Assembly (NCBI GenBank): GCA_045127215.1 | Contig: JBGVPV010000074.1 | Coordinates: 16,302 to 80,301 of the forward strand | Source of the DNA: Eubacteriales bacterium | GTDB lineage: Bacteria; Bacillota; Clostridia; Oscillospirales; CAG-272 | Direction of reading: 5' to 3' | DNA: 64,000 bases | Part shown: positions 59,131 to 64,000 of the stretch, one piece after another | Layout of the letters: the number at the start of each line of letters is the position of its first letter | How positions within the stretch are numbered: position 1 is the stretch's first letter | Position numbers and translations under genes: made by a program | The notes under the pieces: generated by a model | What the model saw: the letters and a program-made list of their open reading frames with translations, nothing else | Told to the model about the DNA's origin: nothing | Database searches by the model: none

Positions 59131-60318
59131 ATGAAATACAGAATTATATCAAAAAGAAAAGTTTCGCGAACAAAGACGTCGGTCGTACCGTATTGCGTCT
59201 TACCCGAGAAATTCGAGGACGGCAACACTCAAAGAGAAAAGATACTACTCGATTCTCTTTTTGAGCTTGCCACGCTACCCGAAGTTTCTCGGCCGCGCAA
59301 AATACGTCAAAGAAAACAATTATTTTTAAAGCAAAAACTATATGCGCGCCTTAAAGCTCTCGAAAGAAAACTCGAGCAGACTCAGAAGCACGCCACCGCC
59401 TTTTACACACGCGTATTATTCGGCGTGTGGGGAGTGACGGGTGCCATCGCGCTGATCACGCTTTTTGTCTTCTTCGGGAAGCTGATCATTCCCCATTCCA
59501 CACTACGCATTCCATCGTTTGTAGGCATGGACGTAAGCGAGCTTGAAAACACCGAGGAATACGAGCTTATAATAAGCTACGAAAGCCACGACGAGCTTGC
59601 CGCGGGAACGGTCATATCGCAGACGCCCCCCATGGATACCGAACGAAAGCAGTTCCCGAACAGCGGCGCTTGTAAAATATTTTTAAGCGTAAGCGCAGGA
59701 AAACACTTTTACAGCATCCCCTCACTCACGGGACTTAGCCGCCGCGACGCCTTACTCCTGCTCAAAAGCGAGGATATACCCGTACGCGTCGTCACTCAAC
59801 ACTCGGACACGGTAGCGGCAGGATACGTCATTGACACACTGCCACCGCCCGATCAAAAGCTTTTTGAGGGGGAGACGTTGACACTCAGAGTGAGCCTTGG
59901 GAAAGCCGCAAGGACAGTTTACGTACCCTCACTTTTCGGACTAAGTGAGACCGAAGCCTCGGCGGCAATAAGCTCTGCGGGACTCACACTCGGTAAAATA
60001 ACCTACCAAAGCTCCGATATCGAAGCGGGTAAGGTGATAGCTCAGCAGTACACCCCATTCTCACAGCTCACCTCAGGCAAGAGCATTGATATTACGGTGA
60101 GCCTTGGAAACGCATTTACGCAAAAATATATCCCCGAGCTATACGGCTTAACTGTCGAAGAAGCCGCAGAAAAGCTCGGCGCGGTAGGACTTGTCATAGG
60201 CAATATATACGCCGTATCCTCGGGCGCGCCCGCAGGAACCGTAATATCGCAGTCGGTCTTACCCTCCACACCCATAACCTCGAATATAACCTCAGTAGAT
60301 ATATACGTCAGCTCATAG
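59131..60318 (+). CDS. Membrane protein with four extracellular PASTA domains and no kinase domain
   Basis: About 95 aa of basic cytoplasmic N-terminus, one TM helix (VLFGVWGVTGAIALITLFVFF), then four PASTA-like repeats starting IPSFVGM, IPSLTGL, VPSLFGL and IPELYGL. Confidence 0.8.
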   Translation: MKYRIISKRKVSRTKTSVVPYCVLPEKFEDGNTQREKILLDSLFELATLPEVSRPRKIRQRKQLFLKQKLYARLKALERKLEQTQKHATAFYTRVLFGVWGVTGAIALITLFVFFGKLIIPHSTLRIPSFVGMDVSELENTEEYELIISYESHDELAAGTVISQTPPMDTERKQFPNSGACKIFLSVSAGKHFYSIPSLTGLSRRDALLLLKSEDIPVRVVTQHSDTVAAGYVIDTLPPPDQKLFEGETLTLRVSLGKAARTVYVPSLFGLSETEASAAISSAGLTLGKITYQSSDIEAGKVIAQQYTPFSQLTSGKSIDITVSLGNAFTQKYIPELYGLTVEEAAEKLGAVGLVIGNIYAVSSGAPAGTVISQSVLPSTPITSNITSVDIYVSS

Positions 60319-60337
60319 CAACAAGGAAAGGCAGTAT

Positions 60338-61294
60338 ATGATAATAAATTCTTTAAAAGGAAAGATAACACGTGGCGTCGGCGGTCTTTATACCGTCACC
60401 GTCATCGACGAGCAAAGTGAATATTTTCGTCAATCGGTAAAGTGCCGCGCGCGCGGTATTTTTCGCCATAATCACCTCACGCCGCTTCCGGGTGACGTGG
60501 TGCTTATGTCATACGAGGACGGTCAGGAGGAAAACTCCGACGGCGGAAAATTTGTAATTGACGAAATAATCGACCGCAAAAACGCGCTCATACGCCCCCC
60601 TCTTGCAAATCTTGATTATCTTTTCGTGACTATGGCGTGCGCCTCTCCCTCCCCCATTCTCTCAACCGTTGACAAGCTGATCTGTATCGCAGAGCACAAC
60701 AAAATAGAACCGATCATCGTAATCACCAAGTGTGAGCTTGACGAGGACAAGGCTGAAGAGCTGAGGGCTCTCTACGCCTCCTGCGGCTTTGAATGCTTCA
60801 AGCTCTCCGCAAAGGACAATATCGAAGTTGAACCCATAGATAACTTCATAAAGCAAAAAATGGCGGGAAAGACCGCCGCCTTCGCAGGCGCGTCGGGAAT
60901 CGGCAAGTCAACGCTGCTCAACCGTCTCTTTCCTCACCTCGAGCTTTCCACCTCGGATATAAGCAGAAAAATAGAGCGCGGCAGACATACCACGCGCGAG
61001 GCTGTACTCTTTGAAATATCAGACGCCGCGAATTGCGGCTACATAGCCGATACCCCCGGATTTTCAATGCTTGATTTCAAGAGATTCGACTTCTTTGAAA
61101 AGGACGATCTCGTTCATACTATGAGAGAATTTGAAAGCTACATCGGTGAGTGCAGATATACAAAATGCTCTCACACCAAGGAGCAAGGCTGCGCGGTCAT
61201 TGAGGCAGTAAAAAAAGGTGTTATTCCGAAATCGAGACACGAGAGCTACGTTGAGCTGTACGATATACTCAAAACCAGAAAGAAGTGGGAATAA
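60338..61294 (+). CDS. rsgA: Ribosome small-subunit-dependent GTPase A
   Basis: Circularly permuted GTPase: TKCEL, GASGIGKSTLLN, and zinc knuckle CRYTKCSHTKEQGC. Confidence 0.94.
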   Translation: MIINSLKGKITRGVGGLYTVTVIDEQSEYFRQSVKCRARGIFRHNHLTPLPGDVVLMSYEDGQEENSDGGKFVIDEIIDRKNALIRPPLANLDYLFVTMACASPSPILSTVDKLICIAEHNKIEPIIVITKCELDEDKAEELRALYASCGFECFKLSAKDNIEVEPIDNFIKQKMAGKTAAFAGASGIGKSTLLNRLFPHLELSTSDISRKIERGRHTTREAVLFEISDAANCGYIADTPGFSMLDFKRFDFFEKDDLVHTMREFESYIGECRYTKCSHTKEQGCAVIEAVKKGVIPKSRHESYVELYDILKTRKKWE

Positions 61295-61298
61295 GACT

Positions 61299-61925
61299 AT
61301 GAAGGCATTTATATACGTGGGCGGTGAGGTAAACGTACAAAACCTGACCGAGCACCCCAAAGGTGACGATCTTCGTATCGCCGCGGACGGCGGCTACAAT
61401 ACCGCGGGGAAGCTTGGCGAGAGTATCGACGTCCTCGTCGGAGATCTCGACTCCATTACGGGAGAGATACCCGATAAGGTGGAGCTTATCAAGGTACCCG
61501 CCGAAAAGGATTTCTCCGATCTTCAGCTTGCGATAAACGTCGCGCTTGAAAAAGGAGCGGACGAGATAGTTATAATCGGAGGTCTTAGCGGCAGACTCGA
61601 CCATACGCTTGCCAACCTTGCGCTTCTGCCAACACTTGCGGCAATGCGCGTCCACGCCCACATAAACGACGGATTTAACCGCGTTCGATACTTAAGCTCA
61701 TCAAGCACGCTTATCGCGCGCAGTCACTACAAATATCTCTCGCTCATCCCCATCTCCGAAAAGCTTCGCGGAGTGAGCATTGAGGGCTGTAAATACCCTC
61801 TTAAAAACGCAACTCTTACAAAGCGCGAGCCCACGCTGACGATATCCAACGAGATAGAAGGAAATTGCGCGCTCATCTCGGTACGCAAGGGTGAGTGCTA
61901 CGTAATTGAGAGCGCGCAGGCGTAA
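61299..61925 (+). CDS. thiN: Thiamine diphosphokinase
   Basis: GDLDSI motif and GGLSGRLDHTLAN. Position after rsgA. ATG 61299 (the track start at 61218 overlaps rsgA). Confidence 0.88.
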   Translation: MKAFIYVGGEVNVQNLTEHPKGDDLRIAADGGYNTAGKLGESIDVLVGDLDSITGEIPDKVELIKVPAEKDFSDLQLAINVALEKGADEIVIIGGLSGRLDHTLANLALLPTLAAMRVHAHINDGFNRVRYLSSSSTLIARSHYKYLSLIPISEKLRGVSIEGCKYPLKNATLTKREPTLTISNEIEGNCALISVRKGECYVIESAQA

Positions 61926-63065
61926 CTATACCGCAACTATATTGAATTTCTCAAACCACTTGACAGTTTGACAAAGCATACCCTTTTTGCGAATACGCGA
62001 GGGTATGCTTTTTTTATCGGTGTCACCAATGCCACCGTCCTCAAAGATAGAATACAGCACGCAGGACTCGTCTTCAAGATAGGACTCCAGCAGCTCGTCA
62101 AGCTGCTTTTCCATTTTTTTAAGAGCCCGTTTTCCAATAAGAGAGGCTCGCGGCTGGACGCTTATTATCCGAGCTCCGCAAGGCTCTGACAGCAAATACG
62201 CTCTCAGCGCTGAATATTCACGCGCCTCGGCAGTCCCGTCCTGAATACGTACGGCGCGCAAGCCTTGAGCCGCCGCCCGTCTTGCTTCGTTCATAAACGC
62301 AGGCATATAGCAGTCAAACTGCGGATATCCATAGGCAAGCAGGGCGGCACTCAGGTCAGACTCGATATCCGCCGAGGTGTATTTTGACGGAGCTACCCCG
62401 ATAAGCGACTTATGCGAGTTGAATGAATAGTGTGACGCGTGTATATCCACCTCGCTCTCGCCAAAACGAGTACACAGCATTCCTCTGCCGCGAGAGATAA
62501 CACGTATGTCGCAAAACAGATCCTCGGGAACGGTTCTCTGGCTTCCGCAGATATACTCTACGAGAGGTCGCGACCTCACCGCAATATAGCCGCCAAACAG
62601 CTTAAAGAGCGGCAAGAGAGTGTTTGAAAAATATATCCGCCCGTCTTTTTTTGCGCAATACAGCGGAAGGTCTCCTCCGTCCGACCGATAGGCTAAAAGC
62701 TCACCGCATCTGCCATCGTAGATAATGGCGACAAACGGCAGATCCATACCGCACACGCATCTCTCACCCTGCTCAAAATACCGCAAAAGCAGATCTGTGG
62801 CAAGCTCGGTGTTTACCGACGGATACTCCGCGGAAACTATCACCGCCGTATAAAGATGACCGTTATGACGCAGGGTAAGCGGCTGCATCGGCTTTTCAAA
62901 TATCCTCCCGTCACCCGAATATAAGACCGAAAATTCCTCTCCAACGTACGCGCACCCCACGCCGCTTCCGCCGCAGATCCTTACAAGCTCGTTAAAATTT
63001 CTTCCGCCCGATCCCCCACCGTCAAAGCTCAGCACTCCGCAAAAAAACCTCATATTCCCCTTCAC
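61926..63065 (-). CDS. Hypothetical protein with asparagine-synthase-like class II glutamine amidotransferase N-terminal domain, lacking a PP-loop domain
   Basis: FFCGVLSF.. and DLLLRYFEQGERCVCGMDLPFVAIIYDGRCGELLAYRSDGGDLPLYC resemble the AsnB GATase domain. No SGGxDS motif is present. The start is uncertain (GTG 63065 or ATG 63053). Confidence 0.55.
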   Translation of the reverse strand: MKGNMRFFCGVLSFDGGGSGGRNFNELVRICGGSGVGCAYVGEEFSVLYSGDGRIFEKPMQPLTLRHNGHLYTAVIVSAEYPSVNTELATDLLLRYFEQGERCVCGMDLPFVAIIYDGRCGELLAYRSDGGDLPLYCAKKDGRIYFSNTLLPLFKLFGGYIAVRSRPLVEYICGSQRTVPEDLFCDIRVISRGRGMLCTRFGESEVDIHASHYSFNSHKSLIGVAPSKYTSADIESDLSAALLAYGYPQFDCYMPAFMNEARRAAAQGLRAVRIQDGTAEAREYSALRAYLLSEPCGARIISVQPRASLIGKRALKKMEKQLDELLESYLEDESCVLYSIFEDGGIGDTDKKSIPSRIRKKGMLCQTVKWFEKFNIVAV

Positions 63066-63209
63066 TCTCCCCCATACTTTTTGACTATTATATGAATAAG
63101 CGCCGTCAAATATTTCCCATTTTTTAGCTTTGAGGCGTCACACTCCGCCACTTGAATTCATATAATCGTAACAGAGCTGAATTTAAAATACCCGTGTCGG
63201 AGGTAGCGT

Positions 63210-63368
63210 ATGTGCTGTAAAAACAAAAGAAGCTTAATTGGCGTGTGTACCGTATGCTTTGGAGCGGGAATATTGCTTTCCTTCCTGCTTCCCGGATACT
63301 TTCTTGCATTTATCGAAGCCGTTGCCGTAGTCGCATCGGGAATACTTTTACTCGGAAAGCGCTCTTGA
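63210..63368 (+). CDS. Small hydrophobic protein, 52 aa (absent from the ORF track)
   Basis: GGAGG lies 6 nt upstream. Translation: MCCKNKRSLIGVCTVCFGAGILLSFLLPGYFLAFIEAVAVVASGILLLGKRS. The ORF ends 13 nt before the spoVM start. Confidence 0.4.
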   Translation: MCCKNKRSLIGVCTVCFGAGILLSFLLPGYFLAFIEAVAVVASGILLLGKRS

Positions 63369-63381
63369 AAGGAGATCTTTT

Positions 63382-63462
63382 ATGAAAATAGTTCTTATTC
63401 ACTCCCCCGCCATACTCTCACCCATTTTGAGAAAGTGCTTTGGCATAAAAAAACGTAAATAA
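63382..63462 (+). CDS. spoVM: Stage V sporulation protein M (26 aa; absent from the ORF track)
   Basis: AAAGGAG lies 8 nt upstream. MKIVLIHSPAILSPILRKCFGIKKRK aligns without gaps to B. subtilis SpoVM as I recall it (MKFYTIKLPKFLGGIVRAMLGSFRKD). Same length, and the same neighbourhood downstream of thiN. Confidence 0.65.
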   Translation: MKIVLIHSPAILSPILRKCFGIKKRK

Positions 63463-63470
63463 TGCAAATA

Positions 63471-63511
63471 AAAAACGGAGTCGCCCTTGAAAAAATCGAC
63501 TCCGTATTTTT
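63471..63511 (+). terminator. Rho-independent terminator after spoVM
   Basis: ACGGAGTCG-13 nt-CGACTCCGT followed by ATTTTT. Confidence 0.75.
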
Positions 63512-63585
63512 AAAGTTTTATTTTCCTATTGAATGCGGTAGAAAAATATGATATAATTGTTATCAGTAAAAAATGAGGTGGCAAT

Positions 63586-64000
63586 ATGTATTCAGGATTT
63601 CTTCCGATTTCAAAACAGGATATGACAGAGCTTGGCTGGGACAGGCCTGACTTTGTATACGTTACGGGTGACGCTTACGTGGATCACCCCAGCTTTGGCG
63701 TCTCGCTGATCTCGCGAGTACTTGAGGCAGAAGGATTCAGAGTTGCCATACTTTCTCAGCCCGATTACAAGAGCTGTGAGGCATTCCGTGAGTTTGGCAA
63801 GCCGCGTCTCGGTTTTCTCGTTACGGCAGGTAACATAGACTCTATGGTGGCGCACTACACGGCGTCAAAGAAAAAACGCTCATACGACTACTACTCCCCC
63901 GGCGGCAAGGCAGGTCTGCGCCCCGACAGAGCTACCATAGTTTACTGCAACCGCATACGCGAGGCGTACGGTGACGTGCCGATAATCATCGGTGGACTTG
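63586..64000 (+). CDS. YgiQ-family radical SAM protein, N-terminal part (3' end outside window)
   Basis: Hand translation gives [61 protein letters not shown].., typical of the UPF0313/YgiQ N-terminal domain. GAGGTG lies upstream. Confidence 0.8.
   Translation, partial: MYSGFLPISKQDMTELGWDRPDFVYVTGDAYVDHPSFGVSLISRVLEAEGFRVAILSQPDYKSCEAFREFGKPRLGFLVTAGNIDSMVAHYTASKKKRSYDYYSPGGKAGLRPDRATIVYCNRIREAYGDVPIIIGGL

Noticed and set aside
63124-63309. 61-aa minus-strand ORF overlapping the small-gene region.
   Set aside because: It has no RBS and is antisense to the RBS-preceded 52-aa ORF upstream of spoVM. It is probably a shadow ORF, though neither small ORF is proven.

Overview
The window reads as a chromosomal segment of a spore-forming Clostridia-class Firmicute. 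Support for this: spo0A, an unannotated spoVM, rny, gdpP-rplI-dnaB synteny, priA-def-fmt-rsmB-rlmN-rsgA-thiN synteny, and many near-consensus sigma-A promoters. I call about 62 protein genes. I saw no tRNA, rRNA, CRISPR array, prophage or recognisable defence system. Housekeeping blocks: ABC exporter pair, MATE and AraC (1-5.3 kb); rimP-nusA-ylxR-ylxQ-infB (5.6-10.7 kb, minus strand); gdpP-rplI-dnaB-tilS-hpt-ftsH (10.9-19 kb); a shikimate cluster with an embedded MFS gene and an aroE/aroK fusion (19.1-24.5 kb); spo0A; rny; rpmG-secE-nusG-rplK-rplA; efp; yicC-remA-gmk-rpoZ-priA-def-fmt-rsmB-rlmN-PASTA-rsgA-thiN. Content worth a second look: (1) a single RAYT-like HUH/Y1 transposase gene whose own ORF carries a perfect inverted pair of the local GTAGGG-hairpin REP, and at least 16 further REP-like hairpins in the window, including a 440-bp alternating array; (2) one operon of galT, an alpha/beta hydrolase and four tandem paralogues with an unusual domain-duplicated N-terminus fused to an endonuclease/exonuclease/phosphatase (EEP) domain, three of them exported; (3) a 1.3-kb HTH/TPR plus REP segment bracketed by the two halves of what looks like a split bidirectional terminator; (4) a kinase-less PASTA protein in the prkC slot, with prpC also absent; (5) a (Cys-Asp)n repeat zinc-ribbon protein; (6) small unannotated genes (rpmG, spoVM and a 52-aa membrane ORF). 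All calls come from reading the sequence and ORF translations. No database search or folding program was run. Hairpin and promoter coordinates are good to about 2 nt.
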